A DNA stretch of 64,000 nt from Eledone cirrhosa (GCA_964016885.1 OZ024744.1:38874001-38938000); one strand, 5' to 3'; positions 30,053 through 46,194 are shown, counted from the stretch's first letter. Notes: generated from the letters alone by a model not told the origin. Numbers and translations are program-made.

Positions 30053-32668
30053 AGTAAAGGTCTCAAACCAGCGTCTTTAAATCTCTAATCAAGCCATGCT
30101 GACCGGAAATAATATAGAGTATCTGTTCTAACTTTAATATCAAAGAATTAAAATTAGGTGGATAAAGAGTAGTCTCCCTTTAAGAGGGGTTTGTTTATGT
30201 TTTTTTTTTATTTTTTATTTTTTTTTTTTTATATGCGTGCCTGTATATGTGTGTGGGAGAATGCATGAAGGTGTAGGTATGTGGGTGTGTGTGTGTGAGT
30301 GTGGGAAGATAGGTCTAATCGTAAAAGTGGGGGGTAGGTGTTATCTGGTGTTAGAACTGGTTTTGTGTGTGTATGTGTGAGAGAGAATAAGTGGAGGTGT
30401 GCGCGTGTGTGTGGGGTGTGTAAAAATGGGGCTAGAGGCCCTATCAGGTTATAAATTGGGTGTTGAGCTCTAGTCTATTATTGATTGGTGGATGTGTTCT
30501 ATCTATAATAAGTGCTTCCTTAATTCTAAGATTGCCGAGGTTTCTTTCCTTAGTTTCTATCCTAACTGTTATGTTTTTATCGGTGTTTTTGCATTTAACT
30601 AGGTGTTTCTTAAATGAGGAAGCGTTAGTATTGAGGTGTTCTTTTATTCTTATGTGGAGTGGTCTGGCGCTTCCTCATTTAAGAAACACCTAGTTAAATG
30701 CAAAAACACCGATAAAAACATAACAGATAAAAACAGAGTTCACTATAGTGAACTCTGTTCAAAAACGTATCTCTAGAATCTCATCTAATAAAAAGATTTT
30801 CGACGAAAAAGCCCAGTATTACAATGAAGCGTTAGCTAGAGCAGGATATAGTGATAAAATTATGTACATAGATAATAATAGACAAACTAACCAAAATAAC
30901 AACAATTTTAATTACGGCAACAACTTTAACAACTATAATAGAAAGCATTACAATAATTCCAAAAGCCAAAAAAGAAATAGAACTAGGAATATAATATGGT
31001 TTGCCCCCCCCCCCCCCTTTCTCACTAAACATTAAAACCCACATCGCTAAACTATTTTTTAATGCTCTTGATAATCGCTTCCCTAGAACACATAGGTATC
31101 ACTCAATTTTCAATAGACATACTATAAAATTAACTTACTCATCCACCAAAAATTTAGCACAAAATATTAATAGAATAAATAATAGGAATTTAAAACCTAG
31201 CCAAAATACCGATAATAGCATAAATAATATCCAAGTAAACAAATGTAACTGTAGAGATAGATCTAAATGTCCGTTAAATAACAATTGCTTAGTTAAAAAT
31301 ATAATATACAACTGTAATGTTAAAACGGACTTAAATTCTTTTAACTATGTTGGTTCCACCTCGACAGAATTTAAACTTCGCTATAATAACCACAAGAATT
31401 CTTTCACAGATCCAAGCAAAAAATCTTCAACATCACTATCAGGCTTACTCTGGCAACTTAAGCATGATAACGTTGGATATTCGACGGCTTGGAATATAGT
31501 CTCAAGAGGGATTCCTTTTAATTCATTCTCTGAGACATGCGACCTCTGCGCGGAGGAGATATTCTTTATACTAAAATCTAAAAATTCCCTTAATTTACGG
31601 ACAAATTTATTCAGTTGCTGCAGACATAGATTGAACTCAACTTTTAAATATAAATATAAATTTAAAATGTAGTATATTTACTTTGATTTATAATTATTTA
31701 TGAAACTCGCCGATAAATCTTTCGATTCCTTTTTTTTAAACATTCTTCATGAATAATTAAACTACCCTAAAAGCTGATGCTCCAAATATATCGAATAAAT
31801 TTTACACTAGATAAACTTCTATAATAAATATAAGACCATCTGTAGATCAAATGGGTATCCTAAACTTTTGGAATGATTTCTGCTAGAGAGGATTTGGTAA
31901 ATAATTTTGGTTTTGTTTGCTTTTGATTCTGATGCTTATAATGAACTTGGCAATATATTGTCAATTAATTTTGAAGGGTTGATCTCTGTGGTTGATTTAC
32001 GGGGCATACTGTGTTTTATTTTTAATATTTTTTTATTTTTTGATATTTTTATTGATATATTGATATCTGTTGTCTATTTATGCTTGAACGATAATCATGT
32101 AGAGTAAAGACAAGAATAGTATTGTTAAAATTAATGTAGATTCTATATATATTTGTGTGTATGTACACATATATGTATACTAGAATTTTTATAGCACAAT
32201 GAGAATGTTTTCGTGTGAAATAGGAATTTGCAGAGTTGATCACGTAAATTCACATGGAAGTCTATAGTATCGAATCTGGGATAACCTTCTATTTTCTTTT
32301 TCTTTTTCTTTTTTCATGAAAGTGCATATATACTTATGTATTTCAATTTTTTTTTTATTTTTTTTTTTTATCAGTTTTTTATCTCAGTTTTTTTTATCTC
32401 AGTTTTTATCTCAACTCTGATATAAACCTAGGAATTTTAAACTAGACATATGATCATTATTTTTCACACATTATTGATACGTGTCTCATTCATGAATACT
32501 GATATTTACATTATAATACCTAATTCATACGAATTGATATTTTTACATTGATGAAACATAATGTTTTAAATCTGCCTCGTTTATATCTGGATATTTTTCT
32601 TTTCTCTCTATGTAACGGCTGTTTTCTCTCCTAACCACATATATATCTCTCTACCTTAATACTAGAAC

Positions 32669-32699
<31 letters not shown>

Positions 32700-32748
32700 A
32701 TATATCATTGATACGTCATTCAACTGGTGCCCAACTACCTATTTTCTT

Positions 32749-32780
<32 letters not shown>

Positions 32781-33023
32781 ATCTCTATCCCTCTGTGTTT
32801 TTTATCTCTCTATCTATCTCTCTCTGTTTCTTTACATGAATTTCTTCTCTCTATATCTATCTCTCTCTATTTAGTTGCATGCATTTCTTCTTTTTCTTCA
32901 CTTTTTTCTTTCTTTCTTTTTATAACTGTCCCTAACATTTTTCACTACCAAATCAACTTTTTAAATGGAAGTTGAAGTTGTAAGGTATGTCAAATCTATC
33001 TATTTATAAGACTGTTTATATTG

Positions 33024-33089
33024 TATTTTGTCTGAAGAAGGCATACCATATTTTTAATATGATATCCCTGAAATATATATAATGAAATA
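33024..33089 (+). ncRNA. Type I hammerhead ribozyme, intact core
   Basis: TATTTTGT-CTGAAGA-AGG..CATATT ttt AATATG..CCT-GAAA-TATATA-TA-ATGAAATA. Confidence 0.8.
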
Positions 33090-33129
33090 GATATGGTTTT
33101 ATAAATATAGTTTCCATTTATTTAATATC

Positions 33130-33202
<73 letters not shown>

Positions 33203-34228
33203 TATATGTATATATAAATAAATATATATATATATACATACATATACATACACGCACACATACACACAAACACACACACATGTACAAAAGAATAATCAAA
33301 ATACTATAAATCTAAGTACACATGAGTCTGTCTGCGAATGCGCCCGAATACGGCCCTATGTGAGAACATAAAAATCTAGTGGGTAAGGGAGGACAAGAGG
33401 GGAGCAAAATTGAAATAATAAACACAATTATTAAGAATAGGTAAGGGAGAAATGTATGCGATGTATGCGATGAGATCTAGATAAGAGTATCTGGTTAAAG
33501 AGTGAACTGAGTAAAGGATAAAGGTGGTGTGTGTGTATGTGTAAAGGGTAAGGTAGAAGGTAGGGGGGAATATAAGTCAACTGAAAAATTATTATAATAG
33601 GAAAAAAAGGCAATTCCACTCAATTTAAAATACATGCTATCTCCATAATTTCGTCAGAGACTGAGACAAAATTAAAAGAATATATGCGTAACGGTAAATT
33701 TATAAATTCAAATTACCACATCAATAATAATATTAATAATAAAGATATAGAGAGAAACAAAGCAAGGGGGACAGATGGAAAGGAGGGGGGGGAGAAAGAC
33801 GAAAGAGGAAAAGAAATTACAAATATGCATAACCGGCAAAATTACGAATTCAAACTATCGCATCAAAATAATATTAATAATAAAGATACAGATAGAAAAA
33901 AAAGAGGGGGGGGGTAGATGTGGTAAAGGTAGAGAAGAAAAAGAAGGATGAAGAAGGAAAAAGAGAAAGAGACAGAGAAAGATGAAGGAAAAGGAGAAAA
34001 GAAAAACAGGTAGAGAAAGAAGACTGGGAAGTTATTACAGCTAAAAATACGCAAGCATAGACATCATGTGAAAGATAGAAGAATTAAGACGTGCGACCGG
34101 ATGAGTAATTGTTGATAAATACAGGCAGAAATAGGATGGAGAGAAGAAGGAAGATGAACAGACAGGCGAATATACGTTAAGACAAGAATGAAAGCAAGTA
34201 AAAATAGAGATTTAAGCATAGAAACAAA

Positions 34229-34267
<39 letters not shown>

Positions 34268-34732
34268 AAAGATAAATAAATAAATAAATAGATAGATGAG
34301 TAAATAAATAAGTAACATCTATTGTTATATAAAATGGTATAATATTTGAAACGTAGAGTTGTGAATAAATAAATACGTTGAAGAGACTAATAAGAGTAAT
34401 ATTAATGTTATTAATGTTATTGAGAATAGTTATTGATGATTATTAAATACGGATAGATGTTAAGTTGAAAATATTATAATATTGGATATATTTATGTGTG
34501 TATTGGATATTTTAATAAGTAAATTAACTAGTTTAAGATGTATTATATGATAAGTTAAAATGATCGAGATGAAATAGGTTTAAGTAGAGAAATTAAAAGA
34601 CAAATGGTGAAAGATAGAGGTGTGTAAAATAAGAATGTAAATGTAAGTACGCTTAAACTATCCAGGATAAGAAGTTTTCACAACCTCTAATCGGATTACC
34701 TTTAACGATATATTGTTATCCTCTCTCTCTCT

Positions 34733-34848
<116 letters not shown>

Positions 34849-35264
34849 TTATATGTATATATATGTATATATATATATATGTATATATATGTATATATTT
34901 TTTTTTTATTTTGTGTATCTGTATTTTTATGTAATTGCACACTTCGTGTATTTGTTTATTTTTATTTGTTCCCCACCCCTCCCCTCTCTTATCGTTGTCA
35001 ATGCGCATCCTCTATCTATTTTTTCATTCTTTATTTTTTATTTTTGACTTTGAATATTTTTTGTTCTTATTCATTTATTCATTTATTATTATTACTTCAT
35101 GTATATGTATGTGTATGTATTTTGTCCATGTCGGCTGATACATATACGTTTATGTGACAGCTTATGTCTACGTACTTTTTAAGTATATGCGCGTGGTTGA
35201 GTGTGTATATGTTTGTTTATTTATTTATATGTTTACATATATATACATATATATATACATATAT

Positions 35265-36182
<918 letters not shown>

Positions 36183-36278
36183 AATGAAGTAATTCTGTCG
36201 GAAAGGTCGAGGAAAAAAGAGTGCTCAATGTAGGTTACAGAGGTTATTAGTTATGTAATAAACAACATAAAATAATTA

Positions 36279-36338
36279 TTTCATTTACCAGTGGTTTCTT
36301 GGAAGCAAACAAATTTGCTTTCAGTCATCAGAATGAAA
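36279..36338 (-). ncRNA. Type I hammerhead ribozyme
   Basis: TTTCATT-CTGATGA-helix II-GAAA-CCA c TGG-TA-AATGAAA. Confidence 0.78.
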
Positions 36339-36399
36339 AAATCCTGGAATTTTTATTGAATGTGGATTTGAAAAACCTATATATAGATATATTTGAAAA

Positions 36400-36462
<63 letters not shown>

Positions 36463-36561
36463 CTTTTCTTCTTGGCCCGTTATTTCCTCATCCTCACTTT
36501 CATATTTCTTATATTTTGTTTTCAAATCCACATTTAATAAAAAAAAAAACACCATGTTTTA

Positions 36562-36622
36562 TTCATTCTGACGACGACTGAAAGCAGATTTATCTGCTTT
36601 CAAGAAACCACTGGTAAATGAA
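36562..36622 (+). ncRNA. Type I hammerhead ribozyme with extra CGA after the core
   Basis: TTCATT-CTGACGA-cgac-TGAAAGCAGAT tt ATCTGCTTTCA-aGAAA-CCA c TGG-TA-AATGAA. Confidence 0.7.
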
Positions 36623-36713
36623 ATAATTATCTTATGTTGTTTACTACATAACTAATAAGCTCTGTAACCTACATAGAGCACTCTTTTTTCCTGTACCTTT
36701 CCGGCGGAATTAC

Positions 36714-36757
<44 letters not shown>

Positions 36758-37419
36758 CATACATACATACATACATACATACATACATACATACATACAT
36801 ACATACATACATACATACATACATACATACATACATACATACATACATACATACATACACATACACATATTATGGTTACCCATTGACTTTGATGATTACT
36901 GTCCACTTCAGCTGTGGACGCTTTAGTGATTGTACTTTTTAAAGTGTTTCAACAATAAAAGATGATATCGTGGGGGCTATCAGAGAATCATTTTTATCAT
37001 CACCTGCATTGTGCTCTCACAAACTTTGGAAGTGGCACCGCCATTTAAATCTTTATAGGCATGCGTGATATACTGTCCACAATAACGATTACAACCATTT
37101 CTGAAATTTCAGACCTATGCTTGATCCATATAGCAGGGAAGTTGCCTGTGCTATGACGATTTGAAGTGGCGTCCGAAAGAAAGAGATCCCTGTTATGAAT
37201 ATGAATAGGCAGCTAATACTTTTCCTCCAAGTACAGTAGATGGCTGAACATTCGATCAATCAGAAACTGTCTTAAATCTGACTATTACATGTTGTTTTCT
37301 TTTAGGATGTACACCTCTAGTCTTTATTTTCCTGTCTTTCGCATATCAACAGAGTAATGTAGATAGTGTGTGCCCTCTACGATTAAGCCCTATCTTCCCT
37401 TATTTACCCCTCTGTTAGA

Positions 37420-37541
37420 CAGCTAAGTGGACTCGAGCAATATAAAATAAATACTCTTGTTCAAGGACACAATGTGGCATCCAATCTAGTAATCTTATAA
37501 TCGTGGGTCCAACACCTTAATCACTAGACCACTGGCCTTCA
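37420..37541 (-). mobile_element. Decayed tRNA-derived SINE (CORE/Ceph-like)
   Basis: Minus strand GTGGTCTAGTGATTAAGGTGTTGG head followed by GTGTCCTTGAACAAG..GTCCACTTAGCTG. Confidence 0.55.
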
Positions 37542-37854
37542 TTGAGCTGAGGAAAATAAGTAACAGCCGCGACTGGGTTTAACCTCGGTAACGCGCTAGT
37601 GTGCTACCCGAGAAATTTCCTATGAGATGCAAACATAGATGTAAGCTGTAACAACGGCAACAACAACAACAGCAACAACAGGAACAACAACAACAGCAAC
37701 AGTGTCGGCAACAGCTCTGTTAGACAGGTGTTATGAGACGAATTATGGGTTGATCAATCTCAAATAAATTTCACAGTGTTCTCGTTCACCTCGAGTATTT
37801 CTGTGTCACCGCGCACTATTCTCGGATAGCCGCTTCTCCTATGCTGGGTTCATC

Positions 37855-38010
37855 AGTCCTTTTGACAGTTATTGTTTTTTTGTCATGCTGGGATTCTAGT
37901 AACCCTCCTTACATGCTAGACTGGTGGTAGTGCAAGTTTACTAGATGGCAACCCGACCATGTAACATATTGTACTGGATTACATGTTAACAGTAGCACTC
38001 AGTAACCTGA
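37855..38010 (-). repeat. Interspersed non-coding repeat, diverged homologue of 46005-46160 (possibly RTE 5' region)
   Basis: Shared TTTGACAG..ACCCTCCT..ACCATG..TTGTACTGG..TACATGTTA.CAGTAGCAC. Confidence 0.55.
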
Positions 38011-38117
38011 AATTTTAGTACATGCATATATATCTTTATACGCAAACATTTACACTTGCAAGTACACCAAAAACACACACGCGCGTGTGCGCGCACGGGC
38101 GCATTCACATGAAACGC

Positions 38118-38149
<32 letters not shown>

Positions 38150-38566
38150 CTATATATAAACGTTATATACACACAACAACTATAACAACTTTTCACTCCT
38201 CCCGTTTTCCCCTCCTTCTATAGTTTGATTGAAAGAACTGGGATATGTTTTTCATATATAACAATATCGTGTACAAATCTGGATGCGGTATGAGCGTCAA
38301 GTAGTGAAGCTAGAGCTGTGAAATCTTGCATGCATTAATTTCAACTTTTCTTATTAATAACTGCATTGTTTCTTTACAGGGACTGTTTAGAAAAATAAAC
38401 CACATTTGGTCATTCCATGAGAGTATCTTTGCCAGCCTATGAATTTGTCAGCACTAACATTACTGAAAATAACTGCGCTCAAAATGAATGGAACCACACA
38501 CTCACACACACACAAGCACACACATACACATACACACACATATATATATACTTATATATATATGTG

Positions 38567-38643
<77 letters not shown>

Positions 38644-38839
38644 CATGCATTTACGGTAGGTTCGCCCAGGTGAGCACTCGATGTTTAGATTCACCTCTGC
38701 AACGAGCTGTAGGCCTAAACAGAGATCCGACAAGCTTGTGATTCCAGAGTCGAGCCAGACCGATACAGATCGAACCTTGAGTTGATCAGTAGCGAAACGC
38801 ACGTCACCAGTCAAAGTAATGAAGATAGAACAAATCTTC

Positions 38840-38876
<37 letters not shown>

Positions 38877-38877
<1 letters not shown>

Positions 38878-41800
38878 GGCGACCTACGTAGAAAATCGTA
38901 TAATCGTGAGCTCCGCAAAGGTTTGTTGTTTTCAGTTGTTTCAAATTGCCAGTTATGGAACATTTTTGTTGTTAAGTGTTTATAAGTTCACATATATTGC
39001 TTTCTGAAAAGGACACAAAAAATATTGGGGTTTGAGCCCAAAACTTAAACTTTATATTTATCAAACAAAATATTTCTATGAAAAAAAACATGGACGACAA
39101 ATTTACTGTTTTTAACAGACCAACACCCCCCTCCCCCACACCACCAACACCAACACTAACAACATTGTAAGCCTTGTTACGGTTCCCAACACTGAAAATA
39201 TAATTAATAGCAGTCTGAATTATTTAGAATTGCCGCATAGCATAAAGACATGGATTTCCCGCCATTACCAATAACTGCAGGTGTTAAAGCTGCCACCCCC
39301 ACCACCACAATGTCAATAAGAACAACGAACACCACTGATACCACTAACACCACAGCGACAACAGAAACAAAAAAAAAAATTATCTCGTGACATCAAAATG
39401 GATTCACCCAGAATCGACTCTTCCACGCCGAACACCACTGATACCACCACCACCTCCACCACAACTGAAACTAAAAATAACAATAACAACAACAGCAACA
39501 ACAATAATGAGAATAACAACAACAACATCAACATCACCGAAAAACAAAATGTGTCTTTTGCCAAAGCAGCCAAGAAAAGAGGTAAGCCAGGATGAATTAA
39601 ATGAAGCCAAGAGAATGGTAAAAAAAAATGGGTACAGGGTCTTCCCCCCCCCCCCTCCTAATAAAATGGAGCATCGGCGCCTATGCACCATGTCTTATCG
39701 GACGATAAACACAAAATAACGCCGAGTGGAACGGGCATCCGAGTCCCAAATACAAAAAGGTCTCGGACATGTGTGGGCGAAAAAAACCCACATCAGACGT
39801 GGGCAGAAATATGGAACCGTGGATGTGTTCTTTGGAACACCACAGGAAGCCAGAGAGCACTCCATGGCCCCATTAAGAAGCGACGTCTTCACACTCGTCC
39901 CAAGCTATTGTAGCCAGAGACTCGTGAAGATCAGGGTGACCCACGTTCCACCGGCCATCGAAATTCCCTGGCTAATGGCTGCCGTCCGCGCCGGCATCGA
40001 GGCCAAGACGAAAATAATTGAAATAACAAAAGAAAAGCAGGAGAACTGGTCCGGATCTGGGATGGAGCTCCTGATCCAAGCGGACCAAAAAAGAATTGAG
40101 GACATTCCAGAGGTGATAGGCCTCACTGACGGCAGCCACCTCACCGTAATCGTTGAGGATAGAAGGCCTAGGTGTGTCGTTTATGGTGAAGGAACCCACC
40201 TAAAGGCGTTCTGTCTCTGGTTAAAAAGTTGAGGCCACTTCTCTTACACATCCCAATGACTCAACCATCAACACCACCAGCAGCAGAGATGGCAGCAACA
40301 ACTTTAGCAGCAACAACAGAAACAACTGTAGCAGCAACAACCCCAGCAACAGTAGCAAAAGCAACACCACCACCACCCACCGCGCCAGAACTAGCACCAG
40401 CGCCTCCACCATCCACCACGACACAACCAAAACCAACGCCTGTGGAGGGTTTTCCACTCCCTGATCTATCACAACTGGAGACAGATTGTGACGACGAGGA
40501 GTGGGAAACGGTATCAGGAAAAACGAAAAAAAGAAAAAGAACCCCAAAAAGAAAAAAATTCTCTTCCTTCCCCCTCCAAAAACAAAATACTGCAGGAAAC
40601 AAATAAACTATCAAACAAAACAGTTAGGACAGCTATGCCACCATCCACACCAGCATCACTAACCCCATCATCACCAACCCCATCACCGCAAACACCAACA
40701 CCATCACCCCCGTTAACCCCAACACCACCATCACCAACACCACAAAAGTCACCAAAAAGCGCAGCAGAAACAAACCCACAGCAAAACAAAATAAACAAAA
40801 CGATACACACTACACAGCATTAAATTTGAACAACAACCAATTATTACACTACATCCAACACAACACCAGCATCACAGAAAAAGACTACACAACACCCCAA
40901 AAATTCACACCACCTCCACACATACAAATCACTCGCATCACAGAGAAAACGTACACGACACTAAAACAAAAATTTCCCAAGGACATCGGAGACTTCTGAC
41001 AAGCACTCTCCAGGAGGATTTATAAGGACATCCTTCCGGAGGAGGCCACAAGCAGTGAAAAGGATGGACAAACCATCCTTCCTCTGCGAGAAGTAAGGTA
41101 AGTGGTCTTTCCCATCTTTTCCACTCCTTTTCAAAATGACCTCACTCAGAATAGGCAGCATAAATGCGCGTGGCTTGGGGTCGTCATGGAAGCAGATCCA
41201 CCTGCTCAACGACCTCAGGTCACTAAAAATAGATGTGGTGGCCATCAGCGAGACCAGAATCTCCGAAGCACGGGCCTTCGCACCGATCGTCGACGGCTAC
41301 GATGTGTACGCATCTGCCAACCGTCCTGGATCGGGGTGAGGTGTTGCTGTGCTTTTTCGGAGAGGTTTGGATCTCGCCATACGGGCCATCTTCCTGGACA
41401 CATAAGGCAAGCTGGTGGTGACCAGCGGAGACGGGCAAGCTTTCAGGCTAGTGGCCGTCTATGCCCCTACAGCAGCAGGGCGGCCTGATTTCTTCCAGCG
41501 TCTGGAGACCTTTCTTGGAACGTCCCGCTCTTTAGTGTTAGTGGACGACTGGAACGGGATCTTAGATGCACGCTGGGACTGTGTGGGATTAGCGGATAGG
41601 GGAGGAGGGTGCAAGAGCCTCACCAACCTGCTCAGGCGTTTTGAAATGTCTGACAGGTACCGATTGGATTTCCCGAATGTGCTAATGTGGACTTGGACAA
41701 ATAGCATAGGGTCATCCAGATCATATCTAGATAGAGTATTTTTTAGGGAAATAGATAGGTCTAGCATAGACTGTTCACAATTCAAGATAGTCAGCTACAC

Positions 41801-43795
41801 GGACCACAAATTCCTGATCTGTGTGGTTGAATTAGATAGGCTGCATAGACAAGGACTCGGCTACTGGAAGTTAAACGCGTCATTACCAGCGCGCAAGGAC
41901 TACAGAGACCGGATTAGCGAACTAGTTAAGCGGGCGTCAACAACAGATGGTGGTTTGCTCTGAAAATAGCGATTAGAATAGAGTCGTTTAGTAAAGCTTT
42001 AGCAATAGATAAAAATAGAACAGAGGAAGAACTAGTTAGAAAATTAGACGAGGCGCTTAGCAAAGGTATTGTGACCGACGTACTTGCGGCGAAATTGGCC
42101 CTTGACCAATTCTTCAATGCAAAGAACGAAGGCTGCGTTGTCAGAGCTAGGGTGCGTGCTCTCAGACACGAAGGGACGAAAGCCGTTCAATGGGCCCGAG
42201 TGGCGGAGGCGCGTCATGGCAACAAAGCCACGATTCGGTCTTTGGTGGACCACGACGGGCGCATGCTACTCGATCCCGGGCAAATGTGTGAAGCTTTTCA
42301 GCGACACTTCGCTCAGCTGTTCGGGGGCAGCAACGGGCCGGATCGAGGGATGGACTTTAGTGTCTTCCTCGACGGACTGCCGCGACTCTCAGCCACTGAG
42401 GCGGACTGTTGCGAAAAGCCGATACCAGCAGTTGAAGTACGAGAGGCACTGACTGGCTTCCCAAGGGGTAAATCGCCTGGTTTAGATGGTCTGCCCTATG
42501 AATTTACGTACAGATGCCAGACTTGTTCGGAGGCCTCTTGGCGGACGTCTACTGCAACTGGCAACAGAACGGGAGAATTCCCAGCTCTGTGAGCCGAGGA
42601 GCGGTGGCGCTTCTGAGAAAGGATCCGAACAAGGGGGATAACATAAATAATTTCAGGCCCATAATTCTGCTAAACACAGAGTTCAAGATTTTGGCCAAGG
42701 TGCAAGCAAAGAAGTTGGCGCTTGTCGTTGGTGGTCTGGTGGGAGAGGCGCAGTCATGCGCCATTCCCAACAGATCCATCCACGATAACCTCCACCTCAT
42801 GCGATACATCGTGGAGAGGGTAGTTAGGGAACCTGGCACAGTTGGGTCCTTGATCTATTTAGATCAGTCGAAAGCTTCCGATAGGGTCGACCATCGTTAT
42901 CTGGCGGCAGTCCTAGGGGCGGCTGGCTTTGGGCCCGTCTTCAGAGGCTGGATCGCTGCTATGCACAGCGACATCTGCTCTGTGGTGAGAGTGAACGGTC
43001 ACCTTTCGGAACCGTTCAACATCATGCGCTCGGTCCGCCAAGGATGTCCCCTCTCGTCCGTCTTGTACGTATTGACTCTCGAGCCATTACTGCACAAACT
43101 GGAGACGTTGAGGGGCGTCCCGCGCGAACTAGGATGCGGAAGATCCGTGTCAGCATATGCGGACGATGTCACCGTAGTGGTGTCGAACGCCAAACACATC
43201 GAGGCGATCGGCACTACACTAAGAGAATACGAAATGGTGACAGGAGCCATGATCAACCAGGAAAAGTCGTGGGCCTGCAGCTCGGCACCTGGAGAGGCAG
43301 GTCCATGCCGTCCAACAGCATCGTCGGGCGCTGAACGGACGGACCGGTTAAATTGCTAAGGGTCTGGTTCAGTCCGGACCTCCAGACGGACAAAAACTGG
43401 GACGAGGTGACGAGCAGGGTGGCTTCTCTCACCCAGAAGTGGGCGGAGAGGAAGCTGTCCCTGAAAGGTAGTGCGGAGGTGGCTAACGCGTGCATTGCGT
43501 CCGTCATCTACTACCGCCTGACCGTTGTGCCTTGTCCTAAACCTCACCTGACTGCGCTGAAGCGTTTGCTCTTTCGATTTTTGTGGAAGGGACGCGCTCC
43601 GATGATCAGGCGGTGCATCTGCTGTCAACACCCGCTACGTGGAGGGCTGGGCATACCGTGGCTGGTGATGCGTAGACACGCGCTCAGGCTACCACATCTC
43701 CACCTCTTCCTCGACGGTGATCAGGTGTGGTCACCGTTTGCTAGACGCATCTTTCCCCAGCTCGTCTCCTTGACGAAGACCGAGAGGGAGCACTT
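38877..43795 (+). mobile_element. Tx1/L1-clade LINE, near full length, 3'-truncated and frameshifted
   Basis: ORF1 remnant with decayed zinc knuckle (RRPRC..GEGTHLKAFC) and Thr/Pro tracts. ORF2 from 41136: APE motifs SINARGL, AISET, VYAP, YLDRV, TDHK, YWKLN; RT motifs KSPGLDG, FRPIILLN, RQGCPLS, YADDV. Confidence 0.92.
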
Positions 43796-45056
43796 GGAGA
43801 CTCGAACTGTTGTTATGTATTGGATAGATCCAACTTTCAGCCGAGTTCATCGTGATGTTTTTTCTATCGATTACCTTTGACTGAGAAAGCGTAACAGTTT
43901 TCTTCTGTGTGGTGCCTATAGCAAAAGATACCTGGTTGACACCACTGAAATGACTAAATACACTTTTTTCCTCTTTGGTCAATCTCTCATCAAACTTTTC
44001 ATGTTTCGCATGGAAAAGAAGTTGAAAATGGAGGTACTGCATATCGGATAATTTTGTTGAAGAAGGCTGAATTATGTCCGAAAGATACAAAATACTAAAT
44101 TCGAAGCAATTAATGTTTTTTGTTTTGCTTATTTTTTGTTTTTTTGTGGTTCCTTGAAACCAAGAGTTGGTATTTACTATTTATAGTATTTAAAAACAGG
44201 ACGTTGGTTGGAGCTCTGCGACTTATGCGTTAATTCTGCCTTGGTTGTTATGGTATTCGTTCTTGACCAATCAGATACAGATACGTGGTTGGCTGAAACA
44301 ATCCTCTCGGGCAGGTCCCTTTACGTTCAACACACAGCAAAAACTCATGTCCAGTGCTCTGAGAAATTCACCATCTACTACACTTTGATTAGATGCCTTT
44401 GATCCTGTCCAGCTAGTACAGAACAGAGATGCTACTATTCCCAAATATGTTCCCACAAAAAGTCGCCACAGATACTGCTTAAGCCATGCTTATGAAAGTT
44501 GCTGCTGAGTTTAAATCGTCCCTAGTATCATCTCCTAGTTGTTGCTGCCCCACTATCATTACCATCCATTATTGATGTTAAATTTAACTCTTGAAGTCAA
44601 AACATATTTATTGTATAAGAATGGAAACCATAACTTCAACTTCACCTCTACGGAATATACATGGAAAAGACACTAGTTATTCAAAAGATAAATTATACCA
44701 GAGACACACAAAATCATTCAGATACATGAGTCTAGAATTGAGACGTTTGTTTTTACAAACATCTTCGTGACTGTTTCACTAGGTGGTGAGATAAGCTACT
44801 ACAATCCCAAGCTGGCTTCAGTTACAAGTGCTGACAGCTCATCCTCAAGAGTGATATGGCTGTTTTTATCCTACCCTTGTTTCTCTTTACCTTGATCCTT
44901 CAAATCATAATGGAGCTGTTGGAGCGCCGTTGAACATACGGTGTGTCTTGGGCATCTAAACCTGGCAGATCCCATCCATCTACTCATTATAAAGGGAACG
45001 AAGTTTTCATCGAGTTAATATTTTTGTCTTAGCATGAAAACTAAAAGCTGCCGAGG

Positions 45057-45114
<58 letters not shown>

Positions 45115-45158
45115 GGCAGTTTTTAGTTTTCATGTGTGTGTGTATATATCATATATAC

Positions 45159-45331
<173 letters not shown>

Positions 45332-45502
45332 ATACAAAGAAATACACAGACACATGCGAATACATACATATACATGCATATACCCACATATATCCCTGAT
45401 ATATGTGGCGCCTTTCGGGATTCTATCTCGCGTCCTACGTGTTTTGAAACTCTAAATGAGGTATCCTCTTGATAAGTCGACAAACCTCACAAAAATACTG
45501 CA

Positions 45503-45554
45503 TCTCTATGATGTAATGTTTTTGCATAATAGCCACGAAACTACGTAGTCGAGG
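45503..45554 (+). ncRNA. Degenerate hammerhead (3' half intact)
   Basis: GAAA-CTA cg TAG-TC-GAGG with palindromic helix III; CUGAUGA core corrupted. Confidence 0.4.
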
Positions 45555-45643
45555 ACAATGAGAGAATTTAGGTATAATATATCTTTTTATTTATATCTAA
45601 TGTTTCTTCTTTCTTTATAATGTATTATATATGTATATATATG

Positions 45644-45746
<103 letters not shown>

Positions 45747-45790
45747 AGTTAAATAAAAAGTCAAATGGTTAAAATTTAGCTTCGTTTATT

Positions 45791-45845
45791 ACTGCTATAT
45801 ATATTTCACTGACAGCCATCTTTGGCTGTGACCTCTTCAGGCAGT
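45791..45845 (-). ncRNA. Type I hammerhead ribozyme followed by AATAAA
   Basis: ACTGC-CTGAAGA-..ACAGCCA aaga TGGCTGT..-GAAA-TATATA-TA-GCAGT-AATAAA, then (TA)n. Confidence 0.78.
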
Positions 45846-46194
45846 CCGAATTAGTGTGGTATAGACAAGTACATATGTTGTTGAGGTGTATAATATTGTC
45901 AATACTCTGATATGCCCAGTTCATGGTTCCTGCCGTGACAAAGGCTAAGGGGTCATCTCTCCCAGTGATTTTGGATGGCCATTGACTCTTAAGAGCTCCT
46001 TTCCCCTTTGACAGGTTTTGTTTTTAGTCCTGCAGGATATCCAAAGTCACCCTCCTCACCAAGAAACCTTGGTGGGGTTGCCAGTTTAGTCGCCAACGAC
46101 CCAACCATGAGACAGGTTGTACTGGGATACATGTTACCAGTAGCACCAACTGGTGACCTGACATACATACATATACACTAACACATTGTCTACA

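Larger units (their letters stand above)
29900..33130 (+). mobile_element. Naiad-type PLE 3' part with inverted left arm
   Basis: ORFs 30748-31672: RTRNIIWFAPP, CNCRDRSKCPL..CL, IIY..YVGST..FKLRYNNHKNSF, CDLC, CRH. Fold-back junction at 30565-30727. Confidence 0.85.
36183..36718. repeat. Inverted pair of HHR elements around a central (TA)n
   Basis: 36183-36375 versus reverse complement at ~36520-36718. Confidence 0.9.

Noticed and set aside
31673-31800. Possible SECIS after the Naiad-type ORF (ATGA-11 nt-AAA)
   Set aside because: No matching 3' GA quartet or helix, and no in-frame TGA at Cys positions in the visible ORF
38690-38812. GAAACGCACGTC half-hammerhead
   Set aside because: No intact CUGANGA core with a compatible helix I
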